In this document: piece after piece, positions 50,728-60,300 of the stretch
Layout: the number at the start of each line of letters is the position of its first letter
How positions within the stretch are numbered: the stretch's first letter is position 1
Assembly (NCBI GenBank): GCA_029932605.1
Contig: JAOZPT010000001.1
Coordinates: 57,059 to 121,058, forward strand
Origin: Candidatus Zixiibacteriota bacterium
GTDB lineage: Bacteria; Zixibacteria; MSB-5A5; UBA10806; 4484-95
DNA: 64,000 nt
Direction of reading: 5' to 3'
Notes under the pieces: generated by a model
Told to the model about the DNA's origin: nothing
The model's input: the letters and a program-made list of their open reading frames with translations, nothing else
Database searches by the model: none
Translations under genes and position numbers: made by a program

Positions 50728-51591
50728 GTGAAAAGTAAAAATAGCATACAATCTCCTTCAAAGGTTGGTTTCTGGGAAAAATTAATGAAAATAGACCGTC
50801 GATGGATATACCTCGCCATTGGCATTGTGGTCTTTATTCCCATGCTGGTATATCTGGGTTTTCCCATTCGTGTGACCAAAGAGGTGCGATCGGTCTATGA
50901 AAGGATCGATTCCCTTCCACCGGGCACTGTTGTTATGGTGCCTATGGAATACGACCCTGCTACTATGGCCGAGCTTCAACCATTAGCCTATGCCGTTCTT
51001 CGCCATTGCTTTTCAAAAGACCTGAAAGTTATAACAACCTCCTTGCAGATTGAGGGGGTAACTATAATCAAGGAAGATCTGGAGATGATAGCCGCAGAGT
51101 ATGGGAAAAAATATGGCATTGATTATGTCTTTTTAGGCTATAAACCCTATCCTGGTATAGTGATTTTGAATATGGGTGAGAATTTCCGCAAACCATTCCC
51201 ACGCGATTACTATGGCAACGAGCTTGACAGCCTACCCATGATGAAGGGTGTTTATAACTATTCAAGTTGTGCCTTGATTTTAAATATAAATGCTACCTCC
51301 GGAGTTGATTACTGGATCAATTATGCTAATGGTCGCTACAAAGCGCCCCTGGCCATCGGTGTGACCGGAGTGATGGTTTCTGATTATTACACTTTCCTTT
51401 CCTCCGGGCAGATTTTCGGGCTGATTGGCGGATTGAAAGGTGCTGCTGAATACGAGAAACTCATAAATCATGTTGACCTTGCCTGTCGGGCAATGGATGT
51501 TCAGTCTATTGCTCATTCGGTAATTGTATTGTTTATCGTTATTGGGAATATCGCTTTTTTCGCTACCAAGAAGAGGAAGAAAAGTATCTGA
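50728..51591 (+). CDS. Cassette 3 subunit C
   Basis: IDRRWIYL, EYDPATMAELQP, YGIDYVFLGYKPYP, SGQIFGLIGGLKGAAEYE and QSIAH. Confidence 0.8.
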   Translation: MKSKNSIQSPSKVGFWEKLMKIDRRWIYLAIGIVVFIPMLVYLGFPIRVTKEVRSVYERIDSLPPGTVVMVPMEYDPATMAELQPLAYAVLRHCFSKDLKVITTSLQIEGVTIIKEDLEMIAAEYGKKYGIDYVFLGYKPYPGIVILNMGENFRKPFPRDYYGNELDSLPMMKGVYNYSSCALILNINATSGVDYWINYANGRYKAPLAIGVTGVMVSDYYTFLSSGQIFGLIGGLKGAAEYEKLINHVDLACRAMDVQSIAHSVIVLFIVIGNIAFFATKKRKKSI

Positions 51592-51592
51592 T

Positions 51593-52285
51593 ATGGAAAG
51601 TCCTGACCTTGGCATAGTATTATGGTACACATTTGCGGCTTTTTTGACGCTGTCCATATTTTCCTTTCTTTACAAGGATAATCCATTTTACCGTCTGGCC
51701 GAGCATATTGTTGTAGGCATTTCGGCCGGTTACTGGATAGCTATTTTGTACCATACCTCGTTACAGGACTTGTGGATTGAACCGTTAACGAAGAATGTTT
51801 TGGTTCTTTTCACGCCTGGCGGACCTTTTCTTTTAGAATGTAGTAGAGTACTTATAAACATCATTCCCGGAGTGATGGGGCTTTTGATGTTTTCTCGGTT
51901 TTTCCCTGGAATTTCCTGGCTTTCCCGATGGCCGATTGCTTTTTACCTTGCCATAACTGCCGGTGTGAATTTGCCCTTATATCTGCAAAGTTTTACGGTC
52001 AGGCAAATGCAGGCCACCATGATTCCGTTGGAGGGGTCTACCTGGAAGATTTTCTGTGATGTTACAATCATTGTTGGCACTATCTGCGGGTTGGCCTATT
52101 TTTATTTCTCAAAAAAACACAAAGGAGTTCTTGGTGGTATGGCTAAACTCGGAATATGGATATTGATGATAGGCTTCGGATCCACATTTGGTTACACCGT
52201 AATGTCAAGGATTTCGTTATTAATAGGCCGTTTTAGATTTTTAATTGACTGGTTCAACTTAGTAGTAAATTACATAAAGGCATAA
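51593..52285 (+). CDS. Cassette 3 subunit D
   Basis: AFLTLSIFSFLYKDNPFYRLAEH, LSRWPIAF and MIGFGSTFGYTVMSRISLLIGR. Start moved to ATG 51593. Confidence 0.8.
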   Translation: MESPDLGIVLWYTFAAFLTLSIFSFLYKDNPFYRLAEHIVVGISAGYWIAILYHTSLQDLWIEPLTKNVLVLFTPGGPFLLECSRVLINIIPGVMGLLMFSRFFPGISWLSRWPIAFYLAITAGVNLPLYLQSFTVRQMQATMIPLEGSTWKIFCDVTIIVGTICGLAYFYFSKKHKGVLGGMAKLGIWILMIGFGSTFGYTVMSRISLLIGRFRFLIDWFNLVVNYIKA

Positions 52286-52297
52286 CGAGGGTGGTTT

Positions 52298-54151
52298 ATG
52301 AGTTTTTCCGGGAGTATTTATCTACTCCTGTTTGCTTATCTTACAGGCGTAGTCTCACTTGTTCTTCCGTCGTTTTCTAACGCTGATGACATTACGTATC
52401 CGGTTGAATGCCTGTACGATTCTGTTTACATTTGCTTAAAACCCGATTATACCGGTGAGGTTATTTTTAATCAACAGTTTTTATTCAATCAATCCGCTCC
52501 AACTGAGTATTCTGTCATTAAAATATGTGTAAATAAATATGTTGAATTTTGTTTAATTGGCATTACAACAGTTCTTCCCGATGGCCGGCATGTCGACCTT
52601 GACAAGGATGATATCGAAACCGTTTCTGATTTCGGTCCCCGATATTATCCTGATAGTAAAACAAAAATCTTGCGTATACCCTCAACCAAAGCAGGGGCTG
52701 TTTCCACCGTATCCTACAGGTTGAAATATAAGAGCCTGCTTTACTTGCAACAATTTTTCAGGCAACGCAATATCCCGACGTTCAACTCATGGCTTGAAGT
52801 ATCCTCAAATATACCTTATACGTATTTCGTTCCAGCGAGCTATTTTTTATCAATCTTAACAGACTCGACAATCGCTTTTTGGTCAAGTAAAATTCCAGCT
52901 TATACCGAGGAGGTCCGTATGCCCCCTGTTGAGTCATACCGCATAGTGATAAGGCCGGATTCGGTTGTATATGAGGGGCATAAATATGGTTTTAAAAACT
53001 GGTCTGATGTTGCTGCATTTTACAGTAGGCTTTCACGAGGCAGACAGAAACCCGATATAAAGGTTGCCGCTTTGGCCGAAAGTTTGTGCGCTAATGCGAC
53101 AAATAAAATCGATTCAATTGAGGCGCTATTCGATTTTGTAAAAGAGAATATCAGATATGTTTCGGTTGATGTTGGCAGGGGAGAATTTAAACCATTATTG
53201 GCTGTTGATGTTTTAAACAAGAGATATGGAGATTGCAAGGACCAGTCAACGTTACTGACATACTTATGTCAGGCTGTTGGTTTGAAAGCAAATCCGGCAT
53301 TGACCACTACTCGTGACCGTCCCGATATCCTGGTATCTCTACCCTGGCCGGGGTATTTTAACCATGTTATAACCGCAGTTGACACCAGCGCTGGTTATCT
53401 ATTTTTGGATGCCAGTCAAACAACCTGTTGTTTTGGCAGGCTTCCGCCAGAGCTTAGAAATAGAAGGGCGCTGATTTGCGGAACCGAACCATTTTTAGAT
53501 TTCACCCTGACATATCCTTATGATAAAGGTAATATTCTTGATTTTGATTTAACCTATAATGTCATCTCTGGGTCAGAAGTACGCTGTAATGTTAAGATTA
53601 GAATTTACAATGACCCGGCTTTTGAGCTTTATGCGGAAGATCCTGAGAAGGTGTTGGTTAATCTATTAGGCACTTTTTTAAGTAATACCGAGACTGGACG
53701 ATATCGTTCAAATTTTAAAGTCGTTAAATCCACGCCCGGATATATTGAAATGTCGGGTTATTTTTTTGAAAATCTATCGGTACCATCAAAAAGCAACTGG
53801 ATGTTAATTAAAACTCATTCTGCATTTATTGAGTATCTCAGAAGATATTTTGCTCCTCCAGGACGGAAACAGCCCTATGCCTTTGATTTTACATTTAATA
53901 TAAATGAAATAATCCGGATAAAGCCTGCTGATGGATTTATTATTAAAAGGAGTTCTGTAAATTCATCTTTCGACGAGCAGGGGCTTGTTTCTCAGGTTTC
54001 TTTAACAAGTGGCGAAGATTTATGCATTATCAATAAGGATTTCATGCTTCTAAATCATACACTTTCACCGGAAATATATAACAAATTTTATAATTTTTTG
54101 CTTATGGTTTCTCAGGTATGTTACAATTCAGTTGAGGTGAAGGTTGAGTAG
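52298..54151 (+). CDS. DUF3857 + transglutaminase-like domain protein (catalytic triad intact)
   Basis: Signal peptide; FDFVKENIRYV, YGDCKD (Cys), FNHVI (His) and FLDAS (Asp). Confidence 0.85.
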   Translation: MSFSGSIYLLLFAYLTGVVSLVLPSFSNADDITYPVECLYDSVYICLKPDYTGEVIFNQQFLFNQSAPTEYSVIKICVNKYVEFCLIGITTVLPDGRHVDLDKDDIETVSDFGPRYYPDSKTKILRIPSTKAGAVSTVSYRLKYKSLLYLQQFFRQRNIPTFNSWLEVSSNIPYTYFVPASYFLSILTDSTIAFWSSKIPAYTEEVRMPPVESYRIVIRPDSVVYEGHKYGFKNWSDVAAFYSRLSRGRQKPDIKVAALAESLCANATNKIDSIEALFDFVKENIRYVSVDVGRGEFKPLLAVDVLNKRYGDCKDQSTLLTYLCQAVGLKANPALTTTRDRPDILVSLPWPGYFNHVITAVDTSAGYLFLDASQTTCCFGRLPPELRNRRALICGTEPFLDFTLTYPYDKGNILDFDLTYNVISGSEVRCNVKIRIYNDPAFELYAEDPEKVLVNLLGTFLSNTETGRYRSNFKVVKSTPGYIEMSGYFFENLSVPSKSNWMLIKTHSAFIEYLRRYFAPPGRKQPYAFDFTFNINEIIRIKPADGFIIKRSSVNSSFDEQGLVSQVSLTSGEDLCIINKDFMLLNHTLSPEIYNKFYNFLLMVSQVCYNSVEVKVE

Positions 54152-56066
54152 AGGTAAAGAGAGAGGGAAGTTAACAAACGGATATCTTTTTAAGGCGATT
54201 GTCATTTTATTCTGGTCTACCGTTGTTTACAGCCAGACTTTACCTACTCTTCTGGAGATGCTGGCTTTATATCCAGAGCAAGATGCGATCTATATTGATA
54301 TAAAGGACAGCACAGCTGTTAATTTTAAGGATAACGTTTATGTCTATAATCGATTTTTTCATTCGGAGGCTATGGTTTTGCGAAAAGGTGGGGGCGGTAT
54401 CTCAAGCTCTGCTAGCCCGGTGCTATCAGAGCGCGATAAAATAGAGGTTAGCGCTTTTACCATTACCCCAGAGGGAGATACAATTACTGTTCCAGAGGAG
54501 GAGATAACGGCCCTCCAGCTTCATGGGAATAAGAGAAGATATGTGGTATCTTTTCCTGATGACCGTGCTGGAGCTGTTTTTGTTTTTGACTGGAGCATCC
54601 AGTCGGCCGAACCGGTGTTTTCGGGAAGGAGATACCTGGGAAGGACATATCCGGTTTACCATAATAAAACTATTATTTCAGCCCCTGCTAATTGGGTGTT
54701 TAATTTTGTTGTCAGACCATCATGTCTTTATGAGCATCATAGTTCTAATACTTATACTCATGGTGAAGAACTATGGTTAAACAATATCTGGGAGGTTAGG
54801 GCGTTACCTGGTTTAATATTCGAGGATGATGGTCCTCCTGTTTCGCAACTTATTCCATGTCTGTATTATGCTTTTTCCCATGATAAGAGTTGGTCTAACA
54901 TAGAAAAGAATAAAGTTGATTGGTGCATGATAGCATCATCATACAGAAACCATCTGGAATCTTTAAAACGGCCAAGCCAGATGATAAAAAGAGATGTTAA
55001 AGCTATTTGCCAGGGAGTTTATAGTAAGCGGGAAAAAATACGTAAGATAATAGAGTTCGTCACTACTAGTTTTCGGGCTGTTTATTCAGATATCGACATT
55101 TCCGAGGCACCCGATGAACTTCTTAGCAGGGGTTCTGGTTCGCAAGCTGAAGCTTCTTTTCTTTTGGGAGCCTTTTTGAGAGAGGCAAATATTCCCTTTG
55201 ATTGTATATTAATCTCGACCAGGGACAATGGAGAATTTATAAAGGCTCTTCCGGCGTTGTTTTATTTTAATCGGCTTTTAGTTGCGGCACGAATCGATAA
55301 TGATACGATATGGATTGACCCGTTGTATCGGGGTGCTCCTCTGGGTGTGTTGCCGTTTGAGGACCAGGCGGTTGACGGTATCGTTGTAAAAGATAATTTT
55401 AAAGATTTTATCACTACACCTGTTTCCGATTACAGGGAAAACGGTCATGCCGTACATTTAAAGATATCTTTTAATGAAGATGGCGATTTAATTGCTGAGG
55501 GGATAGAGCTGTTGTCGGGTTCCTTGAATATCGAGGAAAAGAGTGTCCTTCAAGGATTGACATCGCAGGAGAAGTATGAACGTTGGGCTAATATGACATC
55601 AAACGGTTTGCCAGGTTCATCATTAGAGGAGCTGGATTTTTCTGATATATATTCGGATATAAATCCGTTCAAAATAATTTACAAGCTTGTAGCACCTGAA
55701 TATCTTAACCCGAAGGATACGAGGCTATATATTCCTCTGGATATACTTGGCAGATGGCGGATTTCTAAAAATTATAATAATAGAAAACTGCCCATAGAAC
55801 TTGGGCGCCCACATTTTCAACAGGAAAGGATAACTATCGAGATACCTCAAGGATTCAAAGTTGAATATCTTCCTGATAATTTTACTCTTACAAGTTATCT
55901 CGGAGAAATATTTTCAGTGGTGGTTGTTACCGCCAATACTATAACGATAACTCGTGGCCTAGGTATCAAACCATATCGGCTTAAAATCAGTGCTGCTGGA
56001 AGCCTAAATGGTTTTTACAGCAAAGCGATGGATCAGGCGGGGAAATATATAGTTTTAAGGAGATAG
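54144..56066 (+). CDS. DUF3857 + transglutaminase-like paralog, predicted catalytically inactive
   Basis: Same architecture, but RGSGSQAE replaces YGDCKD and FNRLL replaces FNHVI; WIDP is retained. C-terminal ITIEIP.G..VE.LP. Confidence 0.75.
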   Translation: MSRGKERGKLTNGYLFKAIVILFWSTVVYSQTLPTLLEMLALYPEQDAIYIDIKDSTAVNFKDNVYVYNRFFHSEAMVLRKGGGGISSSASPVLSERDKIEVSAFTITPEGDTITVPEEEITALQLHGNKRRYVVSFPDDRAGAVFVFDWSIQSAEPVFSGRRYLGRTYPVYHNKTIISAPANWVFNFVVRPSCLYEHHSSNTYTHGEELWLNNIWEVRALPGLIFEDDGPPVSQLIPCLYYAFSHDKSWSNIEKNKVDWCMIASSYRNHLESLKRPSQMIKRDVKAICQGVYSKREKIRKIIEFVTTSFRAVYSDIDISEAPDELLSRGSGSQAEASFLLGAFLREANIPFDCILISTRDNGEFIKALPALFYFNRLLVAARIDNDTIWIDPLYRGAPLGVLPFEDQAVDGIVVKDNFKDFITTPVSDYRENGHAVHLKISFNEDGDLIAEGIELLSGSLNIEEKSVLQGLTSQEKYERWANMTSNGLPGSSLEELDFSDIYSDINPFKIIYKLVAPEYLNPKDTRLYIPLDILGRWRISKNYNNRKLPIELGRPHFQQERITIEIPQGFKVEYLPDNFTLTSYLGEIFSVVVVTANTITITRGLGIKPYRLKISAAGSLNGFYSKAMDQAGKYIVLRR

Positions 56067-56067
56067 T

Positions 56068-56880
56068 ATGCCGGAATTGCCGGAGGTTGAAACCATAGCC
56101 CGAGATTTGGCTTTTGCGTTGGAAGGGCAGAAAGTCAGGAAAATGAGATTGCTTGACCCAGTTATCCGTGAAAAAGGGGATTACCAATCGCCGAATATCC
56201 TTGAGAGAAAACGCCTTTTGGGGATCGAGCGTCGTGGGAAAAATCTTATATTTCATTTTTCTGGAAACATAGCGATGGTGTGCCATTTAATGATGACAGG
56301 GCGTATGATTTTGGATTCTGAACATGGATTAAAAAAAAGATATTTACGTTTTTTCATAGAGTTTGAGAGGTCGAGACTTGATTATTTTGATGTCAGAAAA
56401 TTTGGGCGAATCTCTTTTTTGAAAGAAGAAAACGTAAAAAACCATCCTCGCTTGAAAAAATTAGGGCGTGAGCCATTCTCAATAAACTCAGAACAGTTCG
56501 CTCGTATTGTAAAAAAAAGGTCCAAAGCCATAAAACTTATCTTGCTTGACCAGGAGATCATATGCGGTCTGGGTAATATTTATGCTGATGAGTCTTTATT
56601 TGATGCGGGTATAAGGCCAACCCTGCGGCCAGATAGAATATCTGTATCTAGATTGAAACATCTTCATAAATCTATTAAAAAGATTCTTAGAAAAGCCATA
56701 CGAAAACGAGGAAGTTCTGTCGATGATTACATTGATGGTTTCGGCAGAGCCGGTAGGTTTCAAAATATGCTTAGCGTTTATGGTCGAACAGGTAAAGCAT
56801 GCAAGAAGTGCCAGACATTGATAAAACGGATGGTTCTTGGCGGGAGGTCAACTCACTTTTGTCCGAAATGCCAGAAGTAA
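56068..56880 (+). CDS. mutM: Formamidopyrimidine-DNA glycosylase
   Basis: MPELPEVE, RRGK, HL.MTG, D.RKFG, GLGNIYADE (H2TH) and a C-terminal CxxC...CxxC zinc finger. Confidence 0.97.
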   Translation: MPELPEVETIARDLAFALEGQKVRKMRLLDPVIREKGDYQSPNILERKRLLGIERRGKNLIFHFSGNIAMVCHLMMTGRMILDSEHGLKKRYLRFFIEFERSRLDYFDVRKFGRISFLKEENVKNHPRLKKLGREPFSINSEQFARIVKKRSKAIKLILLDQEIICGLGNIYADESLFDAGIRPTLRPDRISVSRLKHLHKSIKKILRKAIRKRGSSVDDYIDGFGRAGRFQNMLSVYGRTGKACKKCQTLIKRMVLGGRSTHFCPKCQK

Positions 56881-57839
56881 AGAAAAAATATAAACTTGCT
56901 TTGGCTCTTGGTGGTGGTGGTGCACGAGGGCTTGCCCATATCGGTGTTTTAAAGGTTTTGGAAAGAGAGAAGGTCGATATTGATTTGATCGTTGGCACAT
57001 CTATAGGAGCAGTCGTGGGCGCCATGTACGTTCAGTATAGAAACGCTGAAGTGATTCAGTCTAAGATTTTATCATTCCTTGATGATTTCATTGAAAAGAA
57101 AGGTTGGCTGAAGGTTCTGAGCGATAAACAGAAGGGAACTAAGCATTCTCTTTTTAATGAGTTATCATACTACATACAACGCCGTTACCTGGAGATTAAA
57201 ACCCTGACCAGAGTCTCGCTTGAGGATAAGAATGCTCTTTACGAACCGTTGAAGAATATTCTTATCGATAATAATATTGAGGATAACCAGGTTTCATTCG
57301 CCGCAGTCTGTTTAGACCTTATCCAGGGTGTTCCAGTTGTTTTGGATAAAGGACCGATAATCGATGCTGTTTATGCATCATCAGCAATAGAGGGTATATT
57401 CCCTCCGCTTGAGCATAATAGTGGTCTTTTAGCAGATGGCGGACCGGTAAACATAACACCGGTGGAGGTTGCACTTAAACTTGGTGCTAAGAAAGTTATT
57501 GCTGTGGACGTACCTTATGGTTTTCATAAAATGGAGAAGTTCAACAATGGCCTTGAGATAATGATGCGAGCTGACAGTATAGGTCTTCGCCGATTAAGGG
57601 AGATAGAACTGTCATTGGCAGATATAGTGATTACACCAAACGTCAGTGCGATTCACTGGGCAAATTTTACCAAAGCCAGTCAGTGTATCTGGCAGGGTGA
57701 ATTAGCGGCACAGGAAATGATGCCTCAAATAAAAATTGCGTTGGCCAAAAAAGGTTGGTTGACAAGAGTAAAAGATGGATTAAAACAGTATTTTAACCCC
57801 CGAAATTCCAAGGAAAGAAATCTTTTTATCAAAAGATAA
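56868..57839 (+). CDS. Patatin-like phospholipase
   Basis: LALGGGGARGLAHIGV, GTSIG (catalytic Ser) and DGG. Start moved to ATG 56868. Confidence 0.92.
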   Translation: MPEVKKKYKLALALGGGGARGLAHIGVLKVLEREKVDIDLIVGTSIGAVVGAMYVQYRNAEVIQSKILSFLDDFIEKKGWLKVLSDKQKGTKHSLFNELSYYIQRRYLEIKTLTRVSLEDKNALYEPLKNILIDNNIEDNQVSFAAVCLDLIQGVPVVLDKGPIIDAVYASSAIEGIFPPLEHNSGLLADGGPVNITPVEVALKLGAKKVIAVDVPYGFHKMEKFNNGLEIMMRADSIGLRRLREIELSLADIVITPNVSAIHWANFTKASQCIWQGELAAQEMMPQIKIALAKKGWLTRVKDGLKQYFNPRNSKERNLFIKR

Positions 57840-57886
57840 ACCTGATAGATTTATTCATGAAAAGTTAATCTGTGATTTTGTTTTCA

Positions 57887-59014
57887 TTAAATATTTTTCT
57901 CGTAAAGCCGGTAACGTTTATATGGCTTAGAACCGATCATCTCAAGGGCTCTATTCATAAGTGTGTTGTCCTCGAGTATCCATGACAGTTCACCCCACTT
58001 GTAACCTTTTCTTAAGCCGTTTCGATATGTATCAATATAGAAGATGTTATCTATTCCGCGTTTCTGATATTTATGGACTATTCCCATCGCCAGGGTGCGA
58101 ACTCCTTTAACGCTTTTTTTGATTTTGGTATGCCAGATAAATTTGAATAATCCGAACGGAAACAGTTTACCGTTCATCATTTTGAAAATTGGGTTAAGGT
58201 CTGGTAGAGACAGCGAGAAACCGGCAGGTTCGCCGTTAGAAAAAGCGATAAACACGAGATCGGGATCGATGATTTTTTTGAAATCATCGGCGGTATGTAA
58301 TATCTCTTCTTCGGTCATCGGCACAAAGCCCCAGTTTTTACTCCAGGCAGCATTATATATCTCTCTGACGATCTTAAGCTCTTTTTTGAAATTAGATAGA
58401 TCGATCGTTCGCACCTCTATATTCTCTTTTTTTCTTATGAGGTCAGCAATCCTGATGACATTACTGGGTATTTGTTTAGTATTATCAAGGAAGTAGGCGA
58501 GGAGGTCTTTGGCTTTGACAAAACCGCATTTTTCGGCCAACTCGAGGTAATAGGGTGGATTATATGGCATCATAAAGACCGGCATCTTGTCAAAGCCATC
58601 AGCCAGAAAAGCCCACTCGTCGTTACTGGAGAAGTTTGCCGGGCCGAGAAGTTTGGTCATGCCGTTAGCCTTGACATAACTGGTAGCAACCTCAAATAAG
58701 TCATTGGCTAAACCGAGGTCATCAGGGCAGTCGAAAAAGCCAAAAAAACCGGTTTTCTCGTTATGAAACTCATTGTGTCGGTTGTTAATTATACCAGCTA
58801 TCCTGCCAACAGGGTGGTTGTTTTTTCTAGCTATGAAAAGTTTGGCATCGGAATGCAGAAAAAATGGATTTTTGCTTTTATCGAAGAATTTCCTGCTTTC
58901 AGATATTAGTTGAGGAACCCAAAAAGGGTTGTTTTTATAGATTGAGAATGGAACCCTGATAAAATCATCTATATCGGATTTGTTTAAAACCTCTTTTATG
59001 CTGTATTGTGTCAA
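57887..59014 (-). CDS. GNAT-fold N-acyltransferase, bacterial ceramide synthase (bCerS)-like / YghO-like
   Basis: GRIAGI.N..HN..H.E..GFFGFF, MPYNPPYY, AW..NWGFVP and ELSWILEDN..MN...KRYR; directly downstream of spt. Confidence 0.7.
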   Translation of the reverse strand: MTQYSIKEVLNKSDIDDFIRVPFSIYKNNPFWVPQLISESRKFFDKSKNPFFLHSDAKLFIARKNNHPVGRIAGIINNRHNEFHNEKTGFFGFFDCPDDLGLANDLFEVATSYVKANGMTKLLGPANFSSNDEWAFLADGFDKMPVFMMPYNPPYYLELAEKCGFVKAKDLLAYFLDNTKQIPSNVIRIADLIRKKENIEVRTIDLSNFKKELKIVREIYNAAWSKNWGFVPMTEEEILHTADDFKKIIDPDLVFIAFSNGEPAGFSLSLPDLNPIFKMMNGKLFPFGLFKFIWHTKIKKSVKGVRTLAMGIVHKYQKRGIDNIFYIDTYRNGLRKGYKWGELSWILEDNTLMNRALEMIGSKPYKRYRLYEKNI

Positions 59015-59043
59015 AACTAATTTATACCCCCTGGTTTTTCATA

Positions 59044-60225
59044 TTAAATAATATTGAATTTTTTCCCTGTTTTGTAAAATATCTCTAAGACCTTTTCCAA
59101 CTGCTGGTCAGTGTGGTTTGCGGTATAGCTTGTTCGGATAAGTCCATTGCCAGGGGGGACAGCAGGTGAGATAATTGGGTTAGTGAAAAGACCGGCATCT
59201 GTTAACTCTTTCCAGAATTGGAATGTTTTCATATCCTCACCGATATAGACCGGGATTATGGGTGTTTGTGTGGTTCCGATATTAAATCCCATAGTCTTAA
59301 ATTCCTTGTGCATATAGCGGGTGATATCCCATAGCCTCTGTCTTCGTTGGGGTTCTTTTTTAATTATCTCCAAGGTAGCTAAAACGGCTGCAACTGCCGC
59401 AGGTGGTAGCGAGGCTGAAAATATCAGTGGTCGGGAAAAATGTTTTATGTAATGAATAACATCCTCATCTCCGACGATGAATCCACCGATTGAGGCAAAA
59501 GATTTTGAAAATGTTCCCATGATGATATCGACTTTGTCTTCAAGATGAAAATGGTCAGCAGTACCTCGGCCGTTTTCTCCCAATACTCCCATGGAGTGGG
59601 CATCATCTATGAGTATGCGGGCATTGAACTCCTTGGCGATTTGTACAAGCCTAGGAAGCTTAACGATATCACCCTCCATAGAAAAAACGCCATCGGTGAC
59701 TATAAGTTTACCGCTCTCTTTGGGGATTTTCATTATCACCCGCTTGAGGTCATCCATGTCGTTGTGTTTATATTTGATGGTATTACCAAAAGATAAGCGG
59801 CAACCATCAACAATTGAGGCATGGTCTGAACGGTCAATGAGGATATATTCGGATTTGCCTACCAGCGTAGAGATGGTTCCGAGGTTGGTTTGAAAACCGG
59901 TTGAAAACACCAGTGCCGCCTCCCGCCCCATGAAATCCGCAAGTTTTTCCTCAAGCTCGACGTGGATATCAAGTGTTCCATTTAAAAAACGTGAACCGGT
60001 ACAACCCGAACCGTATTTATCTACAATTTTATGTATTTTCTGGATAACTTCGGGGTGATTGGTCAAACCAAGATAGTTGTTTGAACCAATCATAATCACT
60101 TTTTTACCATCAACAATAACCTCGGTGCCAGGTGCTGATGATATTTCGCGAAAATAAGGGTAGTAACCTGATTTCTGAACATCTCGGGCAGTAGTAAAAT
60201 TATAACACTTATTGAAAAGGCTCAT
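59044..60225 (-). CDS. spt: Serine palmitoyltransferase (alpha-oxoamine synthase family)
   Basis: YPYFREI N-terminus, GSNNYLGL, GSRFLNGT, HASI.DG, DGVFSMEGD, DDAH and the PLP-lysine motif GTFSKS (SPT-type). Confidence 0.78.
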   Translation of the reverse strand: MSLFNKCYNFTTARDVQKSGYYPYFREISSAPGTEVIVDGKKVIMIGSNNYLGLTNHPEVIQKIHKIVDKYGSGCTGSRFLNGTLDIHVELEEKLADFMGREAALVFSTGFQTNLGTISTLVGKSEYILIDRSDHASIVDGCRLSFGNTIKYKHNDMDDLKRVIMKIPKESGKLIVTDGVFSMEGDIVKLPRLVQIAKEFNARILIDDAHSMGVLGENGRGTADHFHLEDKVDIIMGTFSKSFASIGGFIVGDEDVIHYIKHFSRPLIFSASLPPAAVAAVLATLEIIKKEPQRRQRLWDITRYMHKEFKTMGFNIGTTQTPIIPVYIGEDMKTFQFWKELTDAGLFTNPIISPAVPPGNGLIRTSYTANHTDQQLEKVLEIFYKTGKKFNII

Positions 60226-60300
60226 GTGTTTCTCCGATAATATGGGGTAGCTCCCTGAGGTGGAACAACTTTTACCTTAAGATTTAAAATCATTTTTAAA

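Noticed and set aside
39914..52285. Cassette interpreted as Rnf/Nqr, ABC/ECF, TRAP or a known defence system
   Set aside because: No Walker A/B, flavinylation, Fe-S Cys cluster, nuclease or other diagnostic motif is visible in any of the four families.
39914..52285. Triplication as an assembly artefact
   Set aside because: The paralogs differ extensively in DNA and protein sequence and carry different inserted genes.
9135..56867. Long N-terminal extensions in the track (9135, 15527, 23191, 43383, 43985, 51524, 56799)
   Set aside because: Most overlap upstream genes deeply; downstream starts give stop/start coupling, an RBS or a proper signal peptide.
59044..60225. Assignment as BioF or Kbl
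   Set aside because: The GTFSKS and GSRFLNGT motifs and the adjacent ceramide-synthase-like gene favour Spt; no bio or tdh genes are nearby. Not fully excluded.
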